Below are positions 11,374 through 20,544 of a DNA stretch of 64,000 bases, one piece after another. Under the pieces are notes generated by a model. The model worked only from the letters and a program-made list of their open reading frames with translations. It was not told the DNA's origin and ran no database searches. How positions within the stretch are numbered: the first letter of the stretch is position 1; the number at the start of each line of letters is the position of its first letter. Made by a program: the position numbers and the translations under genes. Origin of the DNA: an uncultured delta proteobacterium. Lineage in GTDB: Bacteria > Myxococcota_A > Polyangia > Polyangiales > Polyangiaceae. Location: positions 672,001 to 736,000 of the forward strand of contig CAWDXG010000004.1 in NCBI GenBank assembly GCA_963806225.1, written 5' to 3'.

Positions 11374-11859
11374 CTAGCGCCGCGTGCCCGCCGTGACCCG
11401 GAGCGGAACGACGATCGGCTGGCCTTCCTGCACGGGCACGCAGGGCACGAAGCGACGGAACGCGCGCGCGATGCAGGCGGCGACGGCGCGCAGGCTCGCG
11501 CTGGAGGAGGGCGGCAGCTCCGTCCGCACGCCCTCGATGCCTCCCCTGCCGTCGCTGGTGGCGTGCACAACGACGCGGTAGCCGGTGGCGGGCGGATTGT
11601 CCCCGACGGCCAGCGCACTGGCACAGGTCTGGACGACCGGCTGCAGTGGTTCGCACTCGCGCGCGCAGCCGAGCTCCGCGTCGCGGATCGTGAGGCAGGG
11701 CGTAGCTTCTTGGGGCGGCGTGCGACGCACGGCCGCGCTGGTCGCTCTAGCTGGGCTTGTCGCGGCCGTCGAGGCCGGGTGATCGGCGCCAGCGCGTGGC
11801 GCACAGGCGCAGGCAAGAGCTGCTGCCAGCCAGAGTGCGCCTCTGCGAACGCCGACCAT
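11374..11859 (-). CDS. Hypothetical lipoprotein (possible TonB-C/AgmX-C-like domain)
   Basis: Signal-like LWLAAALACAC; C-terminal VAACIARAFRRF...IVVPLRV. Confidence 0.5.
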   Translation of the reverse strand: MVGVRRGALWLAAALACACAPRAGADHPASTAATSPARATSAAVRRTPPQEATPCLTIRDAELGCARECEPLQPVVQTCASALAVGDNPPATGYRVVVHATSDGRGGIEGVRTELPPSSSASLRAVAACIARAFRRFVPCVPVQEGQPIVVPLRVTAGTRR

Positions 11860-12116
11860 CACAGTCTGATACGCCAATCCGGCTGGGGCGGCTTCCTCCG
11901 TCCGCGGGCGCAGCGACGAGGCTGGGACGCGTGGGGCAGTCGCCGCAGGCTTGCGGAGGGCCCGGCGCCGTGTTGCGGCTGCCAGGACCTGCCAGAACAA
12001 CGACGGAAATCCCAGAAAGTGACCGGGATCCGCCGCGCTGCGCGAACGGGTATCCAGGTTTGCGCAGCGTGCTAGATTGCGCGCTTGCCCTTTTTTCCGG
12101 GGTTCTGGAGCTATCG

Positions 12117-13067
12117 ATGAGCGACGAAATCGTCGTAGCCGCCCTGGGCGGCAACTCCCTGCTGGATCCGAAGCTGGCGACCGATGTCGCCAGCCAGTTC
12201 AAGCGCACCGCGGAAGCGATGCGCCCCATCGCGGAGCGCATCGCCGCCGGCGATCACATCGTCATCACGCACGGCAACGGGCCGCAGGTCGGCTACATGC
12301 TCTTGCGCTCGGAACTGGCCGCGGGAAAATTGCACGACGTGCCGCTCGACTCGCTGGTGGCCGACTCGCAGGGCGCGATCGGCTACATGATCCAGCGCAC
12401 ACTGCGCGCCGAGCTGGAGGCCCACGGCGAGAAGCGGGAGGTGGTGTGCGTGGTGACCGAGGTGGAGGTCGACCCGGAGAGCGCCCAGGCGCCCCCGACC
12501 AAGCCCGTCGGGCGCTTCTACACGAAACAGGAAGCCGACGCGCTGCACGCTGAACGCGGCTGGACGATGGTGGAGGATTCGGGGCGCGGCTACCGCCGCG
12601 TGGTCGTCTCGCCCATCCCGAAGTCGATCGTGCAGCTCGATACCGTCAAGCGGCTCGTCGACCAGGGCGTCACCGTCATCGCCTGCGGGGGCGGCGGCAT
12701 CCCCGTCTTCCACGACAGCACCGGCATCCTGCGCGGCATCGAGGGTGTGGTCGACAAGGACCGCACGAGCGCCCTGCTCGCCACGGCGCTCGGCGCGCGG
12801 CGCATGGTCATCACGACGGGTGTCGACGCCATCTACGAGAATTTCCGCTCGCCCGATCGCGTGAGACTGGACAGCGTCGACACGGACCATCTCGCTGAGC
12901 TATACGCCGCGGGGTCCTTTCCGCCCGGCAGCATGGGGCCGAAGGTGGAGGCCGCGCTCTCCTTCCTCGAGGCGGGCGGCGAGGAAGTCGTCATCTGCCT
13001 CCCCGAGGACTACTCCCGCGCCTGCGAAGGACGGGTCGGCACACGTATTTCCAGGACGAAGAAATGA
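12117..13067 (+). CDS. arcC: Carbamate kinase
   Basis: VAALGGNSL, THGNGPQVG, SQGAIGY, PTKPVG, GYRRVVVSP, CGGGGIPV, VVDKD, GSMGPKVEAA. Confidence 0.95.
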   Translation: MSDEIVVAALGGNSLLDPKLATDVASQFKRTAEAMRPIAERIAAGDHIVITHGNGPQVGYMLLRSELAAGKLHDVPLDSLVADSQGAIGYMIQRTLRAELEAHGEKREVVCVVTEVEVDPESAQAPPTKPVGRFYTKQEADALHAERGWTMVEDSGRGYRRVVVSPIPKSIVQLDTVKRLVDQGVTVIACGGGGIPVFHDSTGILRGIEGVVDKDRTSALLATALGARRMVITTGVDAIYENFRSPDRVRLDSVDTDHLAELYAAGSFPPGSMGPKVEAALSFLEAGGEEVVICLPEDYSRACEGRVGTRISRTKK

Positions 13068-14185
13068 CCGGACTTGATCACGAAGCGCTCCGCAAGCTGT
13101 ACGGCAAGAACCTGCTGCTCACCTCCGACTGGACGACGGCGGAGATCGACACGCTGGCTGCCCTGGCCGAGAAGCTCGAACAGCTCGACCGCAGCGGCCG
13201 CGCCAAGGCGCTGTTCCCGAACGAGCTGGCGTACGCGATCTTCTTCGACAACTCCACGCGCACCAAGAGCGCCTGGGCGGGCGCCGCGGCGCGGCTCGGC
13301 ATGCACCCGGTGATCGTCGACGGCTCCTCCACGCAGGTCGCGCACGGCGAGACGGCCGAGGAGACCGGCGCCATGCTGGGCATGAACGCCCACGCGCTCG
13401 GCGTCCGTCACGACAAGATCCTCGGCGAGGGCAACGTCTTCCTGCGCGAGGTCAAGAAGGGCATCGACGACTACCTGGCCGCGACGAAGGACGAGCGCCA
13501 GGTGCCGATCGTCAACCTGCAGTGCGACATCGATCACCCCACGCAGTCGATGGCCGATCTGCTGTGGCTGCGCGAGCGCTTCCCCGATGGGCTCAAGGGC
13601 AAGAAGATCGCCGTCAGCTGGGCCTACTCGCCGAGCTACGCCAAGCCACTCAGCGTGCCGCAGGGCCTCGCCATGCTGCTGTCGCGCTACGGCGCGGAGT
13701 TGGTGCTGGCGCATCCCAAGGGCTACGAGCTCACCGGCTCCACGCTCGACGCGGCGAAGAAGCACGCGGCGGAGTCCGGCGGCTCGTTCCGCGTCACCGA
13801 CTCGATGGACGAGGCCTTCGACGGCGCGCACATCGTCTACCCGAAGAGCTGGGGCCCGCGCGAGCTGATGCTGGAGCGCGTGCAGGCCAACAAGCAGGGC
13901 GACAGCAAGGCCATGGGCGACATCGAGCAGCGCGCGCTCGCGATGAACAAGAACTTCACCAGCTGGATCTGCAACGAGGAGCGCATGGCCAAGACCCGGG
14001 ATGCGCTCTACATGCACTGCCTCCCCGCCGACATCGGCGCCGAGGTGACGCACGGTGTGCTGGAAAAGGCCCGCGTCGACCTGGCGCGCGAGGCGAACAA
14101 GAAGGTGTACGTGATCATGGCGCTCCTGGCCTCGGCCAAGAGCGCGGACCTGGCCGAGCGACTCTCGGCCGAAGGAGCAAAGTAG
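13064..14185 (+). CDS. ygeW: YgeW-type (knotted) carbamoyltransferase
   Basis: FFDNSTRT, QVAHGET, NLQCDIDHPTQSMAD, WAYSPSYAKPLSVPQG, VYPKSW, YMHCLPAD. Confidence 0.9.
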   Translation: MTGLDHEALRKLYGKNLLLTSDWTTAEIDTLAALAEKLEQLDRSGRAKALFPNELAYAIFFDNSTRTKSAWAGAAARLGMHPVIVDGSSTQVAHGETAEETGAMLGMNAHALGVRHDKILGEGNVFLREVKKGIDDYLAATKDERQVPIVNLQCDIDHPTQSMADLLWLRERFPDGLKGKKIAVSWAYSPSYAKPLSVPQGLAMLLSRYGAELVLAHPKGYELTGSTLDAAKKHAAESGGSFRVTDSMDEAFDGAHIVYPKSWGPRELMLERVQANKQGDSKAMGDIEQRALAMNKNFTSWICNEERMAKTRDALYMHCLPADIGAEVTHGVLEKARVDLAREANKKVYVIMALLASAKSADLAERLSAEGAK

Positions 14186-15727
14186 ATGTCCGACCTCGAC
14201 AAGGCGGTGAGCGAGCTCGCCGCGAAGTACCGTCCCCTCGCCGTCTCCATCCTGAAGGAAGTCGTCCGCATCCCGGCCGACCACGTCGACCGCCCGGACA
14301 GCGACGGCGGCGATCCGAGCTGCGGCCTCAGCAACCACGAAGGCCCGCGCCTCGAGGTGCTGAAGAAGGCCATCCTCGACAACGGCTGCGTGGCGCGCCC
14401 CGAGGACGTCGGCTTCGACGAGTACGGCAACCTGGTCTGGAGCGTCGAGGATCCCGACGACCCCACGCCCCGCGCCGAGAAGAAGGTCATCTACCTCGAC
14501 GGCCACACCGACACGGTCAAGGCCCTCCGCAGCCAGTGGCAGAGCAAGATCGGCGGCGGCATCGACTGCTACGACGGTTGGACCGACGACCAACGCGTCA
14601 ATCGCGAGTTTCTGCGCGGCGAGCTCGGCTGGCTACCGCCCGACGACGAGTGGGAGCACATGGTGTTCGGCCGCGGCAGCGCCGATCAGCTGAGCGGCGT
14701 GGTGAGCCAGGTGGTCGCGACGAAGATCCTGCTGGAGACGATCCCGCAGGGCAGCCTGCGCGGCGCCATCGTGCGCTCGTACGCGACGGTGACCGAGGAA
14801 GACAACGACGGCGCGGGCCCGATGTACCTGATGCGCAAGGTGCTGCCGACCGCCGGTCCCGAGGTGTTCCCCGACGCGGTGCTGCTCACCGAGGGCACCG
14901 GCGACGCCAACAAGGGCGCGCTCGGCATCTACCGCGGCCAGCGCGGCCGCATGCAGATCGAGGTGGTCGTGACGGGCCGCTCCTGCCACGGCTCGATGCC
15001 CTGGGAGGGCAAGAACCCGCTGGAGTTCGGCGGCGCGATCCTGGCCGAGGCCGCTCAGGCCTACGAGCGCGGCGACGGCTTCCTCGAGGATCCGCTGCTC
15101 GGTCGCGGCACGCGCACCGCGTCGTGGGCCGTGCTGGAGTCGCCGAGCGACTGCGCCGTGCCCGATCGCTTCACCTTCCGCTTCGACCGCCGGCTCACGG
15201 CGGGTGAGACGCCCGACCAGGCCGTAGCCGACATCGACAAGCTCGCGGCCGTGAAGCGCGCCCGCGACGCGGGGCTCACGGTGGAGGTCGGCGTGCCGAC
15301 CTACAACGAGCCCACGTGGAAGGGCTACCACCCGGACAACCCGCAGATCTACATGGGCTGGGTCACGCCGGAGGATCATCCGGCCATCGCCGCCGCGCGC
15401 CGCGCCTACAAGTCCGTGGTCAGCCCCGCCGTTCCCGACAACGGCCAGAAGGGCGGCACGTTGCGCCACGAGCCGCGCGTGGATCGCTGGATCTTCTCCA
15501 CCGACGGCGTCGGCTTCCCGGTGAAGAAGGACGCGCTGCGCGTGCCCGACGGCAAGAACTGGGTCGACGCCGGCGAGTTCACCCACCCGCCCATGCTCGG
15601 CATGGGCCCCGGCATCGAGCAGAACACGCACAAGATCGGCGAGGCGGTCGACGCGCGCGAGCTGCAGCTCGCGATTGCGGCGATTGCGCGTTTTCCGTCG
15701 GCGTTCGTCGAGGAGACGGCGAAGTAG
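14186..15727 (+). CDS. YgeY-like M20 metallo-amidohydrolase
   Basis: DGHTDTV, GRGSADQ, TEEDNDG, IYRGQRGRMQI..GRSCHGSMP, DRRLTAGET, WIFSTDGV, GPG; directly follows ygeW. Confidence 0.85.
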   Translation: MSDLDKAVSELAAKYRPLAVSILKEVVRIPADHVDRPDSDGGDPSCGLSNHEGPRLEVLKKAILDNGCVARPEDVGFDEYGNLVWSVEDPDDPTPRAEKKVIYLDGHTDTVKALRSQWQSKIGGGIDCYDGWTDDQRVNREFLRGELGWLPPDDEWEHMVFGRGSADQLSGVVSQVVATKILLETIPQGSLRGAIVRSYATVTEEDNDGAGPMYLMRKVLPTAGPEVFPDAVLLTEGTGDANKGALGIYRGQRGRMQIEVVVTGRSCHGSMPWEGKNPLEFGGAILAEAAQAYERGDGFLEDPLLGRGTRTASWAVLESPSDCAVPDRFTFRFDRRLTAGETPDQAVADIDKLAAVKRARDAGLTVEVGVPTYNEPTWKGYHPDNPQIYMGWVTPEDHPAIAAARRAYKSVVSPAVPDNGQKGGTLRHEPRVDRWIFSTDGVGFPVKKDALRVPDGKNWVDAGEFTHPPMLGMGPGIEQNTHKIGEAVDARELQLAIAAIARFPSAFVEETAK

Positions 15728-15743
15728 ACGCACCTTTCCGGCG

Positions 15744-15788
15744 CTTCCAGTCTTCCGGCAGGGAACAGGAAGACTGGAAGACTGGAAG
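15744..15788. repeat. 13-bp inverted repeat with a duplicated ACTGGAAG octamer (terminator or REP-like)
   Basis: cttccagtcttcc (15744-15756) / ggaagactggaag (15768-15780), then a further actggaag. Confidence 0.65.
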
Positions 15789-15905
15789 GTTTCCTGGGGG
15801 TCGAGGGCTGGGGCGGCGCTGTGCCGCTCATCCAGCGGCTGGGCGGGTGCTGCTGCGCGGCGCGCTCCGCGCCGGTCGCGGCCTCGGCGTGCTCGCGGGA
15901 GCTCC

Positions 15906-15979
15906 GCGGGGTGTGTCCGGGCGCACCGGGACCCCGCTTCGCGGGGGCCCCTATCCCGCTGCGCCCGGACACACCCCGC
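15906..15979. repeat. Perfect 20-bp inverted repeat with a nested hairpin (REP/MITE-like)
   Basis: gcggggtgtgtccgggcgca (15906-15925) / tgcgcccggacacaccccgc (15960-15979); inner ccccgc-ttc-gcgggg. Confidence 0.75.
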
Positions 15980-16091
15980 TGCGCCCAACTGCGCCGGCTC
16001 GCTCCACCGCGAAGTCCCCCGCCAGCGCTGCGCGGCGGCCGGCAGCAGAGCGCGGCTTCTGCCCGAGCCGCCCGGGCGCTATCCTGGGCGC

Positions 16092-17372
16092 ATGGACGGG
16101 GGTATTTGGTCGAAGTCGCGGCGCGCACCCGGAACGACGGGCTGGGTCGTCGCGGCGGCGATGTTGCTTGCGATCGGCTGTGGTCGCGGCGGCGCCCCCG
16201 GGAGTCACCCGGCGGCGGCAACCGACGCCAGCGACTCCGGCACGCCGGACGCCGACTCCAGCACGCCGGACGCCGACTCCAGCACGCCGGACGCCGACTC
16301 CGGCATCACGGACGCCGATGCCAGCGACGGAAAGCGGGACGCGACGGCGCCGCAGAACGACGTGCAGTGCGTACCGCTGGTCGGCTACAGCGCACCGGCC
16401 GCCGATTGTTCGACGGTACCTGCGTCCAAGACGCTGCTGCTTCCGGTGTACGGTCTTCAATCCGAGCAACCGATCGTCACCGCCCGCGTCGCCGTCGACG
16501 ATACGCTGTATGTGGGACTCGAGTCGTACAGCTGCCTGAAGACCTGCGTGACGAAGGCCGGGGTTTTCCGCACGAAACACGGAGCGCCGTGGGAGACGGT
16601 CCTGGATGGCCAGGCTCACGTCGTCGTGGATGCCGACCCGTCGGACCTGTTCTGGGTGCGTGCTCCCGCAGGACAGCCGGTGACCGCCGGCGAGCCTGTG
16701 GAGCACGTCAGCCCCGCGACGCTCGCCTCGAGCGTCGCGGGCACGCTGGACGAGGCGGGGTTTCCCACGGGAATCGCCCTGATGCCCGGCGCGCTCTTTA
16801 CGATGACCTCGTCGGCAGACACGACAACCAGCACGCTGGCCCGCCGCCCCGTCAACGGCTCCACGCTGGGAGCGGCGTCGATCCTGTTCCAGCTCCACCG
16901 CTCTGCCTTCTGGCCCCGGACGGACGGGCAGCGGCTCGCATGGGCCGAAGCGGGCGCGATGGTGGTCGGCGATCTGTCCGGCAACCCCGCGGTCCGCGTC
17001 GGGATCGGGACCAACGCCGAGTGGCGCGAGCTCGCTCTGGCGGGCGGGCGAGCATTCGCGGCCTACGAGACTACGCCAGGAAGCGGTTCGATCTGTGCCT
17101 TCGACACGGCCAGCGGCAAGGCGGCGACCATCATTCCGCCGCGCCCGCAGCTGCAGATCTGCGCTGTCGCGGCAAACTCGACGCGCGTGTTCTGGACGCA
17201 GTCCGGAACGCCCGGATCGTACTGCAACCAGGTGTGGACGGCCGCGCCCGACGGCACAAGCCCGGAGCTCATCGGCTGCGACACGGAGCCGATCGAGACG
17301 GTCGCGGCCACGGATCACGCCGTCTACTGGATCGGCGCCGAAGCGCACCTCATCGATCCCGCGTCGCTCTAG
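16092..17372 (+). CDS. Lipoprotein with acidic linker and probable beta-propeller-like domain
   Basis: Lipobox LAIGC; DSxTPDA repeats; beta-rich repeats ending LFW, LAW, VFW, VYW. Confidence 0.7.
   Translation: MDGGIWSKSRRAPGTTGWVVAAAMLLAIGCGRGGAPGSHPAAATDASDSGTPDADSSTPDADSSTPDADSGITDADASDGKRDATAPQNDVQCVPLVGYSAPAADCSTVPASKTLLLPVYGLQSEQPIVTARVAVDDTLYVGLESYSCLKTCVTKAGVFRTKHGAPWETVLDGQAHVVVDADPSDLFWVRAPAGQPVTAGEPVEHVSPATLASSVAGTLDEAGFPTGIALMPGALFTMTSSADTTTSTLARRPVNGSTLGAASILFQLHRSAFWPRTDGQRLAWAEAGAMVVGDLSGNPAVRVGIGTNAEWRELALAGGRAFAAYETTPGSGSICAFDTASGKAATIIPPRPQLQICAVAANSTRVFWTQSGTPGSYCNQVWTAAPDGTSPELIGCDTEPIETVAATDHAVYWIGAEAHLIDPASL
16232..16318 (+). repeat. 21-bp coding tandem repeat, about 4 copies (DSSTPDA)
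   Basis: gactcc(a/g)gcacgccggacgcc repeated. Confidence 0.85.
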
Positions 17373-17523
17373 GCCGGGATCCCGATGCGCACTGTGTGCG
17401 CCGGAATGCCCCTGCGGGCAGCACAGCGCGGTAATCAGCTTGCCGGGTTGGCCGCCGGCGCCGCGTGGTTACCGTGTCGGGTGACGGCACATCTTCTGCC
17501 GGACGCAGCACTGGGAGAGCGAC

Positions 17524-17940
17524 ATGGCAAACGGGGGGCATGTGGATGTGCTGGTGGTGGGCGGCGGGCCCGGCGGCACGCCGGCGGCGATGGCGCTGGC
17601 GCGCGGCGGCAAGCGGGTGCTCCTGGCGGTGGCCGGGCGCGGGCTCGGCGGCGCGTGTCTGTTCGAGGGCTGCATCCCGTCCAAGATCTTCCGCGAGACC
17701 GCGGCGCGGCGGCTGGAGATAGGGCGCAGCGCGGAGTTCGGTCTGAAGCTGACCGACAGCCAGGCGACCGTGGACTGGCCGGCGGTGCAATCACGCCGTC
17801 ACCGCATCCTCAACCAGCGCGCGCAGGGGGCGCTGGAGCAGGCGCGCGCCATCCCCGGACTCGAGGTGGTGTTCGGCCGCGCGCGTCTGGGCGGGCCACG
17901 CGAAGCGCTGATCGAGGCGGGCGGCGAGCGACGCCGCGCG
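17524..17940 (+). pseudogene. N-terminal fragment of a dihydrolipoamide-DH/mercuric-reductase family flavoprotein
   Basis: DVLVVGGGPGG FAD motif and GGACLFEGCIPSK redox disulfide; similarity stops at about aa 139 and the ORF runs into non-homologous sequence to 18273. Confidence 0.75.
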
Positions 17941-17979
17941 CCTGGCCGCGGAGCTCGCGGCGAGCGGCATCGGTCTGGA

Positions 17980-18177
17980 GACCGACGTGCGCATCGACGC
18001 CGTCTGGTCCGCCCACAGGAAATCGAACCAGAATTGGCTGCACTGCTCGTACCGCGAGCAGACCGCTGCCGCGGCTTTCGAGCAGGCATCCGGCGGCAGC
18101 GCGTTCCGCCCCACCCTGCCGCCGCAGGCCGCGAGCAACGCCGCAGCTCCGACGAAGAAGATCGCTCCCCGAAGCAC
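17980..18177 (-). pseudogene. Probable truncated Cys-containing lipoprotein
   Basis: VLRGAIFFVGAAALLAACGG lipobox and ACSKAAAAVCSRYEQC, then loses coding character where it meets the flavoprotein fragment. Confidence 0.4.
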
Positions 18178-18587
18178 TACACCCAAGCGTGCGGCGGGCG
18201 CGGGCGCGATGCAAGGCGCGGCGGCGGCGCGGCGTGCGCCCACGCCGCCGGAGTCCGGAGTGCACCCACGTAGGCGCGACGCCGAGCGGCGCGCCGGAGT
18301 CGGAGTCGGCCCGCGTGGGAGCGCCGATGTCCGCGTGAACGCGCGCATCGGACTGCGTCGTGGCACTCCCGCGTGGAAGGCTGGATCGCGCGGTTCTTTT
18401 CGCTTGACACATTTCCGCACCGGCAGCCGTCGCGATCACCGCCGTGCCCTTCGCTTCGCGCTCACGGCGCCTGTGCACCCGATAGAGAGCTCGCCGGAAG
18501 CGCGACGACTGCGGAGCTGATCGCGCTCGCGATCCGGCACCACCGCGCCACCTGCGAGGCCGGAAATCAGCGTGGTATGCGACGAGT

Positions 18588-19943
18588 ATGCAAGAGACAC
18601 GCGAGTGGGAACGCGCACACCATGCACTTGTGGGCATCGCGAAGCAGCGCGCCGCGCTGGACCGCGAGGAGGGGTGCTGGCTGCTGATCGCGTATCGCGA
18701 GCGGGCACACGAGCAGCTCGGCTACGGCAGCTTCGTGGAGTACGTCGAGCGGCTGCTCGGGCACGGACCGCGCACAACGCTGGAGAAGCTGCGCGTCGCC
18801 GAAGCGCTGGAGAAGCTACCGGCACTGGACGCCGCGCTCGGGGCGAACGAGCTCGGCTGGTCGGCGGTGCGCGAGCTCACGCGCGTGGCCACGCCGGACA
18901 CCGAGTCCGGGTGGATAGCGGCGGCGAAGAGCCGCACGGTCCGCGACATCGAGCGTCTGGTCAGCGGGCGGCAGCCCGGCGATCGCCCGGGCGATGCCGC
19001 GCGGCCGGAAGCGCGGCGCCATCGGCTGTCGTTCGATGTCTCTGCCGAGACGCTCGCGACCTTCCGGCAGGCCGCAGCGAAGCTCCGGCGGGACTCCCCC
19101 ACTCCACTCGACGACGACGCGCTGCTGCTTTTGATGGCGCGCCGCGTGCTCGGCGGCCCTGCCGACGAAGGCCGGTCGAGCTACCAGATCGCGATGACCG
19201 TCTGCGAGCGCTGCGGCGCCGGCGAGCAGGTCGGCAAGGGCGAGTCCGTGGCGATCGCGCCGGAGATCGTGGAGATGGCGGAGTGCGACGCCCAACGCAT
19301 CAGCGACGGCGGACGCGCTGCGCAGCACGTCCCACCGGAGACGCGCCGCGAAGTGATGCTCCGCCACCACGGCTGCTGCGCTGTGCCGGGTTGCCGCAAC
19401 GCCGTGTTCGTCAACGTCCACCACGTCGACCCACGAGCCGAGGGCGGTGGCCACGATCCCGAACGCCTTGTGGTGCTGTGCTCGGCGCACCACCGCGCGG
19501 TGCACCGCGGCCGGCTGCTGGTCGACGGGCGCAACTCGAGCGGTTTCACGTTCCGGCACGCTGACGGTTCGCTCTACGGAAAGCCCGCTTCGCCTGCCGC
19601 GGCCGATGCGGCGAGCCGCGCGCTCGGCGCCCTCACCGGCCTCGGCTACAAGGAGCGCGAAGCCCACCGCGCCATCGAGCAGGTGCGTGCCCACGTGGGC
19701 GCGGGCGACGAAGCGCTGATACGGGCGGCGCTGCGAAAGCTGTCAGAGCGGGTGGTGCGGGTGTCGGAGCGGGTAGTCCGCTACGTGCCAATGACTCGCG
19801 CTCGACGACGACCGCCCCGAGGCGCGCGAGCGAACGCGTCAAGGCCGCCTGCGCCCGTCGCCCTTGTCCACGACCCGCGAGGCGGCCTCGAAGCGACGGC
19901 TATCCGCGCTGGTACCTGCCCAGCAGGCGGTTCATCGCGATGA
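18588..19943 (+). CDS. HNH endonuclease with DUF222-like N-terminus and RuvA C-terminal-like domain
   Basis: CCAVPGC...VHHVDPRAEGGGHDPERLVVLCSAHHRAVH; ALTGLGYKEREA...EALIRAALRKL; N-terminal LGYGSFVEY...WSAVRELTRVATP. Confidence 0.85.
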   Translation: MQETREWERAHHALVGIAKQRAALDREEGCWLLIAYRERAHEQLGYGSFVEYVERLLGHGPRTTLEKLRVAEALEKLPALDAALGANELGWSAVRELTRVATPDTESGWIAAAKSRTVRDIERLVSGRQPGDRPGDAARPEARRHRLSFDVSAETLATFRQAAAKLRRDSPTPLDDDALLLLMARRVLGGPADEGRSSYQIAMTVCERCGAGEQVGKGESVAIAPEIVEMAECDAQRISDGGRAAQHVPPETRREVMLRHHGCCAVPGCRNAVFVNVHHVDPRAEGGGHDPERLVVLCSAHHRAVHRGRLLVDGRNSSGFTFRHADGSLYGKPASPAAADAASRALGALTGLGYKEREAHRAIEQVRAHVGAGDEALIRAALRKLSERVVRVSERVVRYVPMTRARRRPPRGARANASRPPAPVALVHDPRGGLEATAIRAGTCPAGGSSR

Positions 19944-20376
19944 GGTGCGGTTCCGCCTTCTCGAGGAACTTCCAGAGCGTGAGCCCGGGCTCCAGATCCA
20001 GTTCCTTGTCGAAGGCGAGGAGCGAGAAGAAGTAGTGGTGCACACCGTGGCCCGGCGGTGGCATGGGGCCGGTGTAGCCCTGGCTTCCGCTGTCGTTCAC
20101 GCCCGCGGTGCCCTCCTTGGCTCCTTCAGCGAGCGAGCTCGTGGACGCTGGCAGGTTGTAGAGCACCCAGTGGACATAGCCATACTGGCCGTCCTTGACG
20201 AGCGGCGCATCCGGGTCGTGACAGATGATGGCGAAGCTCTTCGCCTCGCCCGGCGCCTTGGTCCAGGACAAGGCCGGCGAGACGTTCTCGCCCTCTCCCG
20301 TGTGCTTCTTCGGGATGTGGCCGGCGGGTTCAAAGGCGCTGCTGGCAAGGGTCATCTCGGATGGAGCGAAGGGCAT
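19900..20376 (-). CDS. YbhB/YbcL (PEBP/RKIP) family protein
   Basis: ENVSPALSW, ICHDPDAP, HWVLYN, GYTGPMPPPGHGVHHY; AAGGAGG SD. Confidence 0.93.
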   Translation of the reverse strand: MPFAPSEMTLASSAFEPAGHIPKKHTGEGENVSPALSWTKAPGEAKSFAIICHDPDAPLVKDGQYGYVHWVLYNLPASTSSLAEGAKEGTAGVNDSGSQGYTGPMPPPGHGVHHYFFSLLAFDKELDLEPGLTLWKFLEKAEPHLIAMNRLLGRYQRG

Positions 20377-20544
20377 GGCTACCTCCTTTAGGTGGGACGC
20401 CCTGGGGTACCAAAACCGGGTCGGGAACGCCACCGCGTGTTGAACCGGCCGGTTGTCGCAGCGAGAGAATACGCCACCCCGTGGAAATCAGCAGCCGCTG
20501 GCGGGCTTGTGCCGGGCGCGCCGCGTGGACGCTACGCTGGATGC

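Noticed and set aside
12117..14185. Arginine deiminase pathway (arcC plus ornithine carbamoyltransferase)
   Set aside because: The transferase has YgeW-specific motifs (WAYSPSYAKPLSVPQG), is followed by a YgeY-like gene, and no arcA is present.
16232..16318. Tandem repeats here and at 31706-31876 and 62455-62574 as possible CRISPR arrays
   Set aside because: They are in-frame coding repeats with no unique spacers, and there are no cas genes in the window.
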